Both the position numbers and the translations under genes were made by a program. Below, one piece after another: positions 49,218 through 59,751 of a stretch of DNA of 64,000 nt. Source of the DNA: an uncultured archaeon (GTDB lineage Archaea; Asgardarchaeota; Heimdallarchaeia; Heimdallarchaeales; Kariarchaeaceae); the NCBI GenBank assembly GCA_964645535.1, contig CAZYCQ010000001.1, positions 99,017 through 163,016 of the forward strand. Reading direction: 5' to 3'. Position 1 is the stretch's first letter; each line of letters begins with the position of its first letter. The notes under the pieces are model-generated. The model was not told the DNA's origin, did no database searches, and worked only from the letters and a program-made list of their open reading frames with translations.

Positions 49218-50069
49218 TCAATAATTGTCGGCGATATAGTATGTCAAGAGCCTTTCAGTGAACATTCCAACAACCTCACCATCTTTGGTGAGCGGTACAC
49301 CTCCAATATTGTGTTGGTTCATGAATTCAACTGCTTCATAAAGATTGGTTTCAACAGGCAAAGTCAGGACATTCTTTGTCGAAAGGAACTGGGCAGTTAG
49401 ACTTTTGAGAAAGTTCGGGTTCATGGTAAATTCATCTCTTTCCATAGCAATGAGATGAGTGATGTCGTTTGCAGAGATTATTCCATCCACCTTTTCGTTT
49501 TCATTGACAGTAAGGATACGAAATGCCAGATTGTCAGCCATGTATGCCAAAATTTCAGTAAGGGGGGTGTTGGAAGGAAGTTTGTGCATATCTTTTTCAA
49601 GCTTTTCCCCGAAGTCCATGAGAGAAACATCCTTCCATGCTTCATCCCTGCAATGCTTGAGAATATCCCTTTCAGTCATTATTCCCTGAAGCTTATGGGG
49701 AACCTTCCCGACCACGATCAAGGATCCAAAGCCCCCTTCCTTCATGACCTTTGCGGCTTCAACCACAGTTTTGTCAAGTACAATGGTTTTTGGATTAGGG
49801 GTCATGTAATCTTGGATTTTTTCCTTGAAGGCTTCAGGAAGACCTTTTTCCTTGACTGCACGCATGAGATCCGTGACAGTCAATATCCCATGTATTTTTC
49901 CGATTTTGGTGATAGGCAATCTTCTGAACTTTTGCCGACCCATAATCAAGAATGCCGAAAGTAGGGTTCTGTTGGGTGCCCCTTCGGCGACATCATACTT
50001 TGTAGCTATATCCCATACATGTAATTCGGTTAACACGATTCTTATCTCCTGACAATGATTTCTGCGCAA
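49218..50069 (-). CDS. CBS-domain protein (four CBS motifs)
   Basis: FRRLPI..GILTVTD, FGSLIVV..GIMTERD, IGGVPL..GMFTER. Confidence 0.9.
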   Translation of the reverse strand: MRRNHCQEIRIVLTELHVWDIATKYDVAEGAPNRTLLSAFLIMGRQKFRRLPITKIGKIHGILTVTDLMRAVKEKGLPEAFKEKIQDYMTPNPKTIVLDKTVVEAAKVMKEGGFGSLIVVGKVPHKLQGIMTERDILKHCRDEAWKDVSLMDFGEKLEKDMHKLPSNTPLTEILAYMADNLAFRILTVNENEKVDGIISANDITHLIAMERDEFTMNPNFLKSLTAQFLSTKNVLTLPVETNLYEAVEFMNQHNIGGVPLTKDGEVVGMFTERLLTYYIADNY

Positions 50070-50152
50070 AATGCAGGATACCTGTTTAAATGAAATAGGC
50101 CATCCTTTCTTTTAACCTTTACGTGAGTTGATGGTTCAATTCGATTAAAACT

Positions 50153-50833
50153 CTAATTTTGCTGGATTTCCTGAATTCTTTTTTTGGTCTGTCTAATTTT
50201 CTTCTGGTTATTCGCTTGTGTAAAGTATTCCAAGGCAGTGGTAAAATATTTTAGGGCAACCTCTTCGGAAGCAAAATTTGGATCGTTGAGTTTGAGCTCA
50301 GCCTGTCCTATATACAAATCCCCAAATTCTTCATAGATTTGGATCTGTTTGGCCTTGTCTTTTAGCGCAATAGCCACCTTTATGGCTTTTTCATATTTCA
50401 GTATCCGATCCGTAAATTCTAGGTCAACCTGTCGGGCAATCAACAGAAGGTCTTTCAGAAGGAGATTTTGAGCCTTTTCGATATCTTTCTGCTTACCAAA
50501 AATTTTGAGGGAATCAATGGCTATCTGGAGGATCGGAATCCTTTTTTCGGGATCTTTTACCTTATTTGCGGTTTCAATTGCTACGCGAGCGGTGTTTTTA
50601 AGGGAAAACATGGCCAACCTTGCCCAAGCATCGACAAGCTTGTCTTCATGTTCGGTCATTTTCCATGCGAGAATTTCCCGGTAAAAGAAGTATATCGTAT
50701 CTTCAAATTCCTCATTTGCCACCGCTGCACTAGTGAGGTACTTGAAGGAATTGGCAGCATTCTCAAAACGACGGGTTGAATAATTGGCATGTCCTTCATT
50801 GTAAATGGTTTCAATTTCGCTGACCATACACAA
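50153..50833 (-). CDS. TPR/SNAP-like alpha-helical protein
   Basis: TPR-like segments (YNEG..NY..RRFENA..SF; YEEFGDLY; ALKYFTTALEYF). Confidence 0.6.
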   Translation of the reverse strand: MCMVSEIETIYNEGHANYSTRRFENAANSFKYLTSAAVANEEFEDTIYFFYREILAWKMTEHEDKLVDAWARLAMFSLKNTARVAIETANKVKDPEKRIPILQIAIDSLKIFGKQKDIEKAQNLLLKDLLLIARQVDLEFTDRILKYEKAIKVAIALKDKAKQIQIYEEFGDLYIGQAELKLNDPNFASEEVALKYFTTALEYFTQANNQKKIRQTKKRIQEIQQN

Positions 50834-50868
50834 TATTTAGAAATTAGATTTATAAAGGAGTTAAGAAA

Positions 50869-51564
50869 ATGTGGAAAAAATTACAGGGCTTCAATCAACA
50901 CGATTCAGATCAATGGTTGTTGGCAAGCTCTTTGATTTCCATCCTGCTTGTCCCATTTGCGGTTACCTTTTCCATTCTGCTCTATCCAGACTATCCTGCA
51001 AATGAAAATTTGTCCTCCTTAGGAGCAAGAAGCCCAGCATTTTCCAACGTGACAAAACAATATGTTCAACCGATTTACCCGGAATTATTCAACATTCCGA
51101 TCATGATCGCAGCCTTGGGATTGATGGCATTGCCAATTTTGCGGCAGAGAAAATTAAGGACAAAGCTCCCAAATTGGGTTCTGACTTTGATGAATTTACT
51201 CCAGACATGTGCATTTGTATTCCTTTTCTTGTTGGGTATCTTTGATCTCGGTTTTATTAGGTATGTACATGACCGAGTTGCCCAATATTTTTTTTATCTA
51301 ATAATGGCAATGTTCCTTCTGTTTGGAATCTCCCTTACGATCTATCGGGAGCGAATTTATCAAAGATGGCGGCTCATGCTGGGAATAACCATCTATCTTT
51401 TTTTAATTTCAATTCAGCGCCAATTGTCCATGTGGAAAGTGATAACAGATCCCTACTACCTTTCCAATGGACCGTACCAAAAGCTTTGGGGAGTGGGATG
51501 GATACTTTTGACACTTGTGGAGATTGAAGGACTATTTTCATTGAATCATAAGGAATTGGACTAG
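50869..51564 (+). CDS. Membrane protein (DUF998 / Frag1-DRAM-like)
   Basis: YPDY..ENLSSLG, FN, LLGIFD, VHDRVA..FF, YQK; about 6 TM. Confidence 0.6.
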   Translation: MWKKLQGFNQHDSDQWLLASSLISILLVPFAVTFSILLYPDYPANENLSSLGARSPAFSNVTKQYVQPIYPELFNIPIMIAALGLMALPILRQRKLRTKLPNWVLTLMNLLQTCAFVFLFLLGIFDLGFIRYVHDRVAQYFFYLIMAMFLLFGISLTIYRERIYQRWRLMLGITIYLFLISIQRQLSMWKVITDPYYLSNGPYQKLWGVGWILLTLVEIEGLFSLNHKELD

Positions 51565-51607
51565 CTGAAGCAATAATCCTTACAAATAAAGCTCAAAAGG
51601 AGGAGTA

Positions 51608-53386
51608 ATGGTAAAACTAGCACATGGAGGAGACCTAATAGCATATGCCCTTCAAAAGCATGGAGTCAAGTATATGTTTACACTGACAGGAGGTCATATC
51701 TCACCGATCCTCACGGGTGCAGAGAAACTAGGCATTGAGGTTGTAGACGTTCGACACGAGGCAACTGCTGTATTTGCAGCGGATGCAGTTTCCCGTCTTT
51801 CTGGCATTCCCGGAGTGGCTGTGGTGACAGCGGGTCCAGGAGTTACCAACACCATCACACCCTTGAAGAACGCACAAATGGCTCAATCTCCCTTAATTCT
51901 CTTTGGAGGAGCAACAGCACTGGTGTTGAAAAATCGAGGGTCTTTGCAGGATATTGATCAACACTCAATCGTAAAAAGTATGGTAAAGTGGTCCACCACT
52001 ATCAAGCGACTGAAGGAAATCCCCGCAAAGGTATCTGAAGCCTTTTTCCGGGCTCAAAGTGGAGTTCCTGGACCTGTATTCATTGAGGTTCCTATCGATG
52101 TACTTTATCCAGAACATCTTGTACGGGAAATGTACGGAATTGATAAAATCAAAGGAAATGGTATGGCACAGCGTCTAACTCGGTGGTACCTTACGAGAAC
52201 TTTGAACAAAATATTCGGAGAAGCAGATTACAATCCAGAAATAACTATCCGTAGACCAGAGGTGAAAAAGGCTCCCACCTCAAAGTTGATCCAAGCAGCC
52301 ACCCTTCTGAGTGAAGCAAAGAAGCCATTGGTTATTGCAGGAAGTCAGTTGGTTCAGAACCATAAACTTCTCCAGAAAACAAGAAAGATAATTGAGGAAT
52401 TGTCTATCCCGATTTATCTATCTGGAATGGCGAGAGGAATGTTGGGACGGGAAAGTCAAATCCAATTTCGACATAAAAGAAGGGAAGCCATCAAAAATGC
52501 AGATGTGATCCTTCTTCTCGGTGTTCCTCTCGATTTCCGTCTTGATTACGGACGTTTGTTCAAACGAAGTTCCAAAGTAATTTCGATCAATCGTAGCGTC
52601 AAAGATCTGAAATTGAATAAGGATCTTAGAGGAGTTGACCTTCCAATCCTTGGTGACCCTGCTGAAGGTCTTATTCGCCTTAGTGAACTCCTTCATTCTA
52701 TTCGAACGGAAGAAAGTTATCTATCTTCAGAGGGAGTTAAGCACGATTGGTTAAAAGAGCTCGAAAACAATGAAGCGAAACGAAATGAGGAAATTGACCG
52801 AATGTCAAAGGAGAAGTCAGAAAAGGTCAATCCATTGTTTCTTTGCAAGCTTATGGATGAGCACATCCCTGACAATTCGATTCTGATTGGTGATGGTGGA
52901 GACTTCATAGCTACTTTCTCATATATTGTCAAGCCAAGAGCTCCACTCTCATGGCTTGACCCTGGGGTTTTTGGCACTTTGGGGTCAGGTGGCGGTTTCG
53001 CTTTAGGGGCAAAAAAAGTCTTCCCGGACAAACATGTCTTCCTCATCTATGGAGATGGTTCGTTCGGTTATTCCTTGGCAGAATGGGACACTTTTGTACG
53101 ACATGGAATCCCTGTTTTCGGACTTATCGGAAACGATGCACAATGGGCGCAGATAGCAAGAGAACAGACAGAGTTACTTGGAAGTGGAATTGCAACAGGC
53201 CTTGTACCTACCAAATATGAAAAGGCAGTGGAGGGATTGGGTGCAAAAGGATATCGTATCGAGACCGATAAGGAAGTTGAACAGACATTGGAAGCCGCAA
53301 TTGGATCATTGAAAGAAGGCAATCCAGTACTTGTCAATGCAATCATTTCAAAATCAGACTTCAGAAAAGGGTCACTTTCAATGTAA
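51608..53386 (+). CDS. ThDP-dependent enzyme, ILVBL/HACL2-like (2-hydroxyacyl-CoA lyase / acetolactate synthase-like)
   Basis: [41 protein letters not shown]...GND, C-terminal DFRKGSLSM. Confidence 0.88.
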   Translation: MVKLAHGGDLIAYALQKHGVKYMFTLTGGHISPILTGAEKLGIEVVDVRHEATAVFAADAVSRLSGIPGVAVVTAGPGVTNTITPLKNAQMAQSPLILFGGATALVLKNRGSLQDIDQHSIVKSMVKWSTTIKRLKEIPAKVSEAFFRAQSGVPGPVFIEVPIDVLYPEHLVREMYGIDKIKGNGMAQRLTRWYLTRTLNKIFGEADYNPEITIRRPEVKKAPTSKLIQAATLLSEAKKPLVIAGSQLVQNHKLLQKTRKIIEELSIPIYLSGMARGMLGRESQIQFRHKRREAIKNADVILLLGVPLDFRLDYGRLFKRSSKVISINRSVKDLKLNKDLRGVDLPILGDPAEGLIRLSELLHSIRTEESYLSSEGVKHDWLKELENNEAKRNEEIDRMSKEKSEKVNPLFLCKLMDEHIPDNSILIGDGGDFIATFSYIVKPRAPLSWLDPGVFGTLGSGGGFALGAKKVFPDKHVFLIYGDGSFGYSLAEWDTFVRHGIPVFGLIGNDAQWAQIAREQTELLGSGIATGLVPTKYEKAVEGLGAKGYRIETDKEVEQTLEAAIGSLKEGNPVLVNAIISKSDFRKGSLSM

Positions 53387-53443
53387 TGTACCCTTTCCGA
53401 TGCTATATAATCCTGAAAAGGAATTGGTAATTGGTGAAACAAT

Positions 53444-55246
53444 TTGTCAGAGACAACAGAAGGAAGGGTAAGAGCCCCAATTGGAGTCATTATGGGTCAT
53501 GTTGACAGCGGAAAGACATCCCTTCTTGACAAGGTTCGTAAATCAGCGGTACAAGCAAGAGAAGCAAAGGGGATTACACAACATATCGGAGCGAGCTTTT
53601 TTCCAAGTGAAACAATTGAACAGGTCGGATATGTGCTCCACGGAGGAAAGGTCAAGCTAAAAATACCGGGAATCCTCATGGTGGATACGCCAGGTCACGC
53701 TGCCTTTATGAATCTACGATCTCGAGGAGCCTCAGTTGCAGACATTGCCATCCTTGTCGTTGATTTGACTTCTGGATTTCAAGCACAGACCTACGAGAGC
53801 ATTCAGACATTGAGGAGAAGAAAGGTGCCTTTCATAGTTGCGGCAAACAAGATAGATCGACTTTCAGGATGGAAGGGACATAAGGACGAACCTTTTGTGA
53901 AAAGCTATCAAAAGCAGATTCCGGCAGCGAAAGCTGCTTTGGACACTAAAATTTATGAGGTCATGGGAGAACTGTCCCAATTAGGTTTTGAATCGGATAG
54001 GTATGATCGCGTAAAAGATTTCACTAAAAAAGTGGCCATCATCCCTACATCCGCGGTGACTGGCGAGGGAGTGGCCGACCTTTTCCTTGTACTTGCTGGG
54101 TTGACACAGCAGTTCTTGATGAAAAAGTTAAGAACCACTGATACACCAGGAAAAGCTGTTATCCTTGAAGTCAAAGAAGAAACAGGTCTGGGGACGACCT
54201 TGGATGTCATCCTTTATGACGGCTCAATTTATTCAGATGACCTGATTGTCGTTGGTGGGAGAAATGGACCAATCATCACAAAAATGAGAGCCATGCTTGA
54301 ACCTAAGCCGCTTGATGAGATGAGGGATCCAAGAGACAAGTTTATCCAAGTTGACGAGGTTCATGCCTCCGCTGGTGTCAAGATTACTGGTCCCAACTTG
54401 GAAGATGCCATGGCAGGGGCACCGTTATATGTGGCAGAGGATAAAAAAGATGCAAAACGGCTTGCAAAAATGATCGAGGAGGAACTGGCGGAATTTCAGA
54501 TCAAGACCGATGATGAAGGGATAGTTCTTAAGGCAGATACATTGGGGAGCCTTGAGGCCTTGGTTGGAATGATCAGGGAAAGAGGAATCCCAATCAGAAA
54601 AGCAGATGTAGGAGATGTGTCGAAACGTGATGTACTTGATGCAGTCATTACCGCAAACAAGAAACCCGAATATGGTGCCATCTTATGTTTCAATGTGAAG
54701 ATAACTGATGATGCACAGGAATATGCAGATGTCGAAGGGGTTCAGGTCTTTAAGGACAATGTTGTCTATAACCTTCTGGATAAGTATATTGAATGGCTGA
54801 ATGAAATGCAGGCAATTGCAAAGAAGGAAGAGGAAGGACAGATCAAGAAACCCACCAAATTCAGAATCATGCCAGAATTCATCTTCAGGAAAAGCAAACC
54901 TGCCGTCGTTGGTGTTGAGATCCTTGCGGGAGAGCTTGAACCTAGAGACATCCTGATTGATGAAAACAATAAAAGAGTTGGCAGCATCGTCCAAATCAAG
55001 CACAATAATGAGAATATCAAGAAAGCCACCAAAGGAATGCAGGTTGCGGTCAGTATCAAGGGGCCTACAGTCGGAAGGCAGATTCATCCAGACCAAATCC
55101 TATATGTGGATCTCAGGCAACCAACTGCACTGAAATTGATGACCAAATACCATGACAAGCTGACAGAGGATGAAAAAGAGGTATTTTCTGAACTTGAAAG
55201 AATGAAGAAACGGGCAGGATATAAATTCTGGCCATTTGCTAACTAG
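53444..55246 (+). CDS. infB: Translation initiation factor IF2 / aIF5B
   Basis: MGHVDSGKT, GITQHIGA, DTPGH, NKID, SAVTGEG, DTLGSLEAL. Confidence 0.97.
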   Translation: MSETTEGRVRAPIGVIMGHVDSGKTSLLDKVRKSAVQAREAKGITQHIGASFFPSETIEQVGYVLHGGKVKLKIPGILMVDTPGHAAFMNLRSRGASVADIAILVVDLTSGFQAQTYESIQTLRRRKVPFIVAANKIDRLSGWKGHKDEPFVKSYQKQIPAAKAALDTKIYEVMGELSQLGFESDRYDRVKDFTKKVAIIPTSAVTGEGVADLFLVLAGLTQQFLMKKLRTTDTPGKAVILEVKEETGLGTTLDVILYDGSIYSDDLIVVGGRNGPIITKMRAMLEPKPLDEMRDPRDKFIQVDEVHASAGVKITGPNLEDAMAGAPLYVAEDKKDAKRLAKMIEEELAEFQIKTDDEGIVLKADTLGSLEALVGMIRERGIPIRKADVGDVSKRDVLDAVITANKKPEYGAILCFNVKITDDAQEYADVEGVQVFKDNVVYNLLDKYIEWLNEMQAIAKKEEEGQIKKPTKFRIMPEFIFRKSKPAVVGVEILAGELEPRDILIDENNKRVGSIVQIKHNNENIKKATKGMQVAVSIKGPTVGRQIHPDQILYVDLRQPTALKLMTKYHDKLTEDEKEVFSELERMKKRAGYKFWPFAN

Positions 55247-57633
55247 TTTTCGAATCTGATTCTAATAGCCACTGCAAGAATGATTTTCCGGATATACCGT
55301 ACGGCTAACCAAACACCTACAAACAAACCCAAGAAGGTGATAATTGATCCGATCACATAAGTTAGAGGAGAAATGAAAGTTTTGATGGTCATGAAATCAG
55401 CGGCCGTCTCAGTGACCAATGATTCAGTGACAGGAGGAACAATTACAAAATTCAACCCAATGGTCAGAATGGCAATCAAGTAAATTTGGGTAGCCACTAT
55501 TTTGAAAATATGCAATGATGTCCCACCATTGGCACGAATATTGACGAATTCCCTCTCTCGCTCGATTGTGTCTACGACAACAACATTGATGGAAAACAAG
55601 GCGAGAACAAGAAATCCGATCACAACAATTGCACCAATGAAGCCTAACAAAGCTTCCATCAAAGTTAAAATGGATTCACGGGATTTTTCTTTGCTCAGAA
55701 CGGATTGTACACCGATGGAGAGATCCAGGAGATCACGAGTAAGTTTCTCAGCGTCTATTTCAGGACCTTTCAGATAGAAAGTCATGCTTTTCCCATCAAG
55801 TCCCATTATCGTTTCTGCAATATCATAACTCAAGAAAACACTGATATCCAATAGTTCTTCCGCAATTCCGGAAATCCGAAAATTTCTTGTTTCTGCTGTA
55901 AAGGTTTGGAAATTGAATAATGTAAGATTGACAGTATCCCCAACCCATGCATTCAATCGTTCCGCAAGAACTTTACCAATGACAATCTGGCCTTCAACAA
56001 AACGACCCTCTGCAACAGATATGGAACGCATTTTTGAAGATGGAACATAGGCTTCTAGAATTGCTGTTTCATTGTTGCCATCAAAAGTAACCAAGGTTTC
56101 TGACTTGATTCCTTCCTCAACCTCAAATGAAGGATTGTAATCATGTATCACATCTTTTACATGCGATACGTCAAGGGGTGCTGCCAGTGTGACTTCATAA
56201 TCATATTTGACATTCCCGAGGTAATAATTGTCAATCTGTTTGAACATCGAATCCATGAAACCCAAACTTGACAATGCTAACAGGCTCGCTACTGAAATCG
56301 TGATCGCGGTCAGCACAGTTCTTCTTCTCCGGTAAAGGACGTGTCTCAGAGGAATCCGAAGAGTGTAACCGATCTTGCCAACTCTGAAAAGTGTATTCTC
56401 AACAGACCATTTTTTCTTGACCGGAAACGGGATATTTCTATCTTCAAGTGCCTCAACCGGTTTCATTCGAGTTAACGACCATGTGCCGACAATTGCTGCA
56501 AATACAGTTGTCACTAAAGCCAGAAGGATCGGTTCAGTAAACGGTTGAAAATTGAATTTGATTATTATTTCTGGCAGACCAATAACATTATTGTATTCCT
56601 CAACAAAGCTGAATGTAATAACATATCCCAATGGAAAACTGAGTACAATACCTGCCCCCGTCATCAGGAGAGACATCTGGACATAATGCATCATTATGCT
56701 TTTTCGATCGGCACCCAATGAAAGAAAGAGACCGATCATCTGTTTTTGTGATTTGATTATCTTGGTTACTGTATCATAAATCACTGTTGCGGCAACGAAA
56801 AGCACAACTACACCAATGGCAATTGCGGTCTCTTCAAGAGCATCAACATCTGTTTGCATGGTTCGATAATCTGCCTCTTCCTTTCCTTCAATGATTGTTG
56901 CAGGGATACCGTTTTTCTTGAAGGTGGTTGAAAGATGGCTTTTGACGGAAGCAATATCCGAATGGTCTTTCAATTTAACTGCAATTTCATTGATCATGCC
57001 TTCTTTTTGGAATATTTTCTGAAGGGTGTCCATAGATATCCAAATTGGAGCAAATGAACCGGGTTCGGGTATTCCAGTCACCGGATTTACATTGTACTTG
57101 TATTCCGGAGAGAAAACAATCCCAACAACCTTTAATTCATATTGGGTGTTGTTGAATTTGAAATCTATAGAATCTCCGACATTGATTCCATTTGCATTTG
57201 CAAATGAACTAGTCAGAAGGATTTCATTTGATCCTTTTTGGAAGGCAGTACCTTCAAAATAATGAAACTTATTGACCGAGGGCTGATTTTCCACCAGATT
57301 TATTCCGGTTATCCTCGAAAAATAATTCTTCCCAGCAATCTCGATGACAATATCTTCTGCCAATCTGAAGCTGTATGCATCAACATTTTCCAATCCAGCA
57401 CTAAAATTCTGGACTTGAACTTGGGGAATATCGCCCAAGAAGGAAATCCGAAAATCCTCATAATTCAATTTTTCCAGTTCGGAATCTCGGGATGCAAAAA
57501 TACTATCTTGCATCAGAAGAAGACCCGCATATAGCGAGATGGCAAGAGCGAATGAAAAGATGACCACAAGAGCCTTCCATTTCATTCCAACGAGTTCTCT
57601 CAGGAGTTTTTTGTGCATCATGTTCATTGACAT
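55243..57633 (-). CDS. ABC exporter permease, duplicated MacB/FtsX type
   Basis: Two MacB-like periplasmic plus FtsX halves; IG...SLGA, EREREF..IRANG. Confidence 0.88.
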   Translation of the reverse strand: MSMNMMHKKLLRELVGMKWKALVVIFSFALAISLYAGLLLMQDSIFASRDSELEKLNYEDFRISFLGDIPQVQVQNFSAGLENVDAYSFRLAEDIVIEIAGKNYFSRITGINLVENQPSVNKFHYFEGTAFQKGSNEILLTSSFANANGINVGDSIDFKFNNTQYELKVVGIVFSPEYKYNVNPVTGIPEPGSFAPIWISMDTLQKIFQKEGMINEIAVKLKDHSDIASVKSHLSTTFKKNGIPATIIEGKEEADYRTMQTDVDALEETAIAIGVVVLFVAATVIYDTVTKIIKSQKQMIGLFLSLGADRKSIMMHYVQMSLLMTGAGIVLSFPLGYVITFSFVEEYNNVIGLPEIIIKFNFQPFTEPILLALVTTVFAAIVGTWSLTRMKPVEALEDRNIPFPVKKKWSVENTLFRVGKIGYTLRIPLRHVLYRRRRTVLTAITISVASLLALSSLGFMDSMFKQIDNYYLGNVKYDYEVTLAAPLDVSHVKDVIHDYNPSFEVEEGIKSETLVTFDGNNETAILEAYVPSSKMRSISVAEGRFVEGQIVIGKVLAERLNAWVGDTVNLTLFNFQTFTAETRNFRISGIAEELLDISVFLSYDIAETIMGLDGKSMTFYLKGPEIDAEKLTRDLLDLSIGVQSVLSKEKSRESILTLMEALLGFIGAIVVIGFLVLALFSINVVVVDTIEREREFVNIRANGGTSLHIFKIVATQIYLIAILTIGLNFVIVPPVTESLVTETAADFMTIKTFISPLTYVIGSIITFLGLFVGVWLAVRYIRKIILAVAIRIRFEN

Positions 57634-57642
57634 TCACCTCGT

Positions 57643-58302
57643 TCAATTCACAATAACTCCGTCATGAAGCTTTACCACCCTGTCTGCATAGCTTTCAAGG
57701 TTGGGATCATGGGAGATCAGAATGAAAGTGGTACCTAGATCTTTGTTAAGCTGTTTTAGAACCTCAATCACTTCTTTTCCAGTTTTGCTGTCAAGATTTC
57801 CTGTAATTTCATCTCCCAACACAAGAGGCGGTTCCTTCACCAATGCTCGTGCCAAAGCCACTCGTTGTTGTTGACCACCACTAAGCTGTGAAGGGAATTT
57901 GTCCATATGTTCCTCAAGACCAACCTTTTTGAGAATCTCTTGGCTTCTTTTTCTCATGTCCTTCTTATCTCCCGCCAACTCAAGCGAGAGAGCTACATTT
58001 TCCAATGCAGTAAGAGAGGGAATCAGATTATAGAATTGGAATACCCAACCGATCATTTTTGCCCGTACTTTGTTCAATTCCTTTTCTTTCATTTTGGACA
58101 AAGGTCTGCCTTTAAGGTAAACCTCACCAGAATCCGGTTTATCCAGTGCGCCAATCTGGTTCAACAAGGTCGTTTTTCCAGAACCTGAAGGGCCATAAAT
58201 CAATACAATTTCTCCTTCCTCTATATCCAAATCAATCCCTTTTAGAACTTCTTGGATCTGATCTCCAGTCTTGAAAGACTTTCTAACGTTTTCAAGTTTC
58301 AC
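57643..58302 (-). CDS. ABC transporter ATP-binding protein (LolD/MacB type)
   Basis: GPSGSGKT, FQFYNL, LSGGQQQRV, DEITGNLD, ISHD. Confidence 0.95.
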   Translation of the reverse strand: MKLENVRKSFKTGDQIQEVLKGIDLDIEEGEIVLIYGPSGSGKTTLLNQIGALDKPDSGEVYLKGRPLSKMKEKELNKVRAKMIGWVFQFYNLIPSLTALENVALSLELAGDKKDMRKRSQEILKKVGLEEHMDKFPSQLSGGQQQRVALARALVKEPPLVLGDEITGNLDSKTGKEVIEVLKQLNKDLGTTFILISHDPNLESYADRVVKLHDGVIVN

Positions 58303-58317
58303 AATTGTTTCCTTCGT

Positions 58318-58884
58318 TCATTCCACCTCCTTTGGAAGAAGTGACAAAGCAGCCTTAATGAAGCCCATAATCTTTGCATCGGTGTAATATTTAGGACGTA
58401 ACCAAACGTGAATCACAAACCCATCTATCAAGGCAAGAAACACGTTCAATAGGTTTTCATCCGTGATCCCCAACTGTTCACCAAATGAGATGGTTTCCAT
58501 AAACATCTCAGAAATGACGTTTTCCAATTCCAACGAAGCATCCTCATTGGTTATTGCAGTGGTCAATTGGAAAAGTAGCATCATCGACCCTTCGCGTTTT
58601 CGTGCATCTTTTGCTAAATGGAATAGAAAATCAGTCAACCTTTTTTGAGAATCTTCCCTCGTAAAATCAATGCTCAAAAAAGCATCAATTTCATCCTTCA
58701 GGATTTCCCCAATAACAGCAACCGCAAGATGATCCTTACTAGGGAAATGATGGTACAAGGTTCCTTTTGCAACACCAGCTTCTTTGATTATTTCGGTTGT
58801 TGAAACTCGGTGATAACCTTTTGTCAAGAACAGATGTTTGGCTGCATTGATTATCTGGACTTCACCAGCTGAACGCTTTGTCAC
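58318..58884 (-). CDS. TetR/AcrR family transcriptional regulator
   Basis: IINAAKHLFLTKGY...IIKEAGVAKGTLYHHFPSKD. Confidence 0.93.
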   Translation of the reverse strand: MTKRSAGEVQIINAAKHLFLTKGYHRVSTTEIIKEAGVAKGTLYHHFPSKDHLAVAVIGEILKDEIDAFLSIDFTREDSQKRLTDFLFHLAKDARKREGSMMLLFQLTTAITNEDASLELENVISEMFMETISFGEQLGITDENLLNVFLALIDGFVIHVWLRPKYYTDAKIMGFIKAALSLLPKEVE

Positions 58885-58917
58885 TGAAAGGCAATCTCAT
58901 TTGGATAATAAAAAGAT

Positions 58918-58939
58918 ATCGACCGACCAGTCGGTCGAT
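58918..58939. promoter_or_regulatory. Probable TetR operator (perfect inverted repeat)
   Basis: ATCGACCGAC-CA-GTCGGTCGAT, just upstream of the TTTTATT box of the tetR-ABC operon. Confidence 0.8.
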
Positions 58940-59013
58940 TGTATGGTTTCAATCAAGAAATGATAAAAAAGAAAGGAAGGAGAGAAAAAATGAGATTGAA
59001 ATTATCCAGATCC

Positions 59014-59385
59014 TTACTTCACTTTAATGGTATGAACTTCTCCTTCATAGGGTTTGACTGTCAGGGTCAAGATACCATTCACCATTGAGGCATCCACATC
59101 TTCTGGTCGGATGGGATACCTAAAGGTGAAGGTTCTCTTGAAGAACCTGTGATCATTCAATCCCTTGATCGTAAGTTCGTTTTCCTTGAGTTTAATTTCG
59201 ACATCGTCCTTGCCTATTCCAGGCATCTCCGCAACGATGGTGTAGACATCAGTTTTCTCGTTGCGGGTAACGGTCACCCTCGGAACACGAAGTGGAGGTG
59301 TCCGAGTTGTAGGAGATGTGCTTTCAGTAGTCTGGATTTCTTGGGTCTCTCTCTTGGCAAGTTTGCTTTCACTCATTTGCATCAC
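59014..59385 (-). CDS. Small heat shock protein (Hsp20)
   Basis: AEMPGIGKDDV, ASMVNGILTL; SD GGAGAGGTGA. Confidence 0.9.
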   Translation of the reverse strand: MMQMSESKLAKRETQEIQTTESTSPTTRTPPLRVPRVTVTRNEKTDVYTIVAEMPGIGKDDVEIKLKENELTIKGLNDHRFFKRTFTFRYPIRPEDVDASMVNGILTLTVKPYEGEVHTIKVK

Positions 59386-59391
59386 CTCTCC

Positions 59392-59751
59392 TTATTTGAT
59401 TTTTACAATTTTCTCTTCAGGAGAGTGGACTTTAGCAGTAATGATCAGAAGTCCATTCTCCATGGTTGCATTCAAGGAATTCTGGTCAATGTCCTTGCCA
59501 AGGTAATATCTTGCGTTGAACTCCCTACCAAGTTCTTCATTCTTGGCATTGATGACCAAGTTGCCGTCAACAACCTTGATTGTGACATCCTCTTTGGTCA
59601 TCCCAGGAAGTTCAACTTCAACAGTCCAAGTTTTGGTTTCTTCGTCATAGTAAGCATTGCTGAAGGGTTGATCCGTCCAAGGATCTTCCCAGTCAAAGTC
59701 TGTGAAAAATCGGAATGGCTTGAACATCTCTTCAAGAGTTCTTGCCAGCAT
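59392..59751 (-). CDS. Small heat shock protein (Hsp20)
   Basis: VELPGMTKEDV, ATMENGLLII; SD GGAGGTGA before ATG 59751. Confidence 0.9.
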   Translation of the reverse strand: MLARTLEEMFKPFRFFTDFDWEDPWTDQPFSNAYYDEETKTWTVEVELPGMTKEDVTIKVVDGNLVINAKNEELGREFNARYYLGKDIDQNSLNATMENGLLIITAKVHSPEEKIVKIK

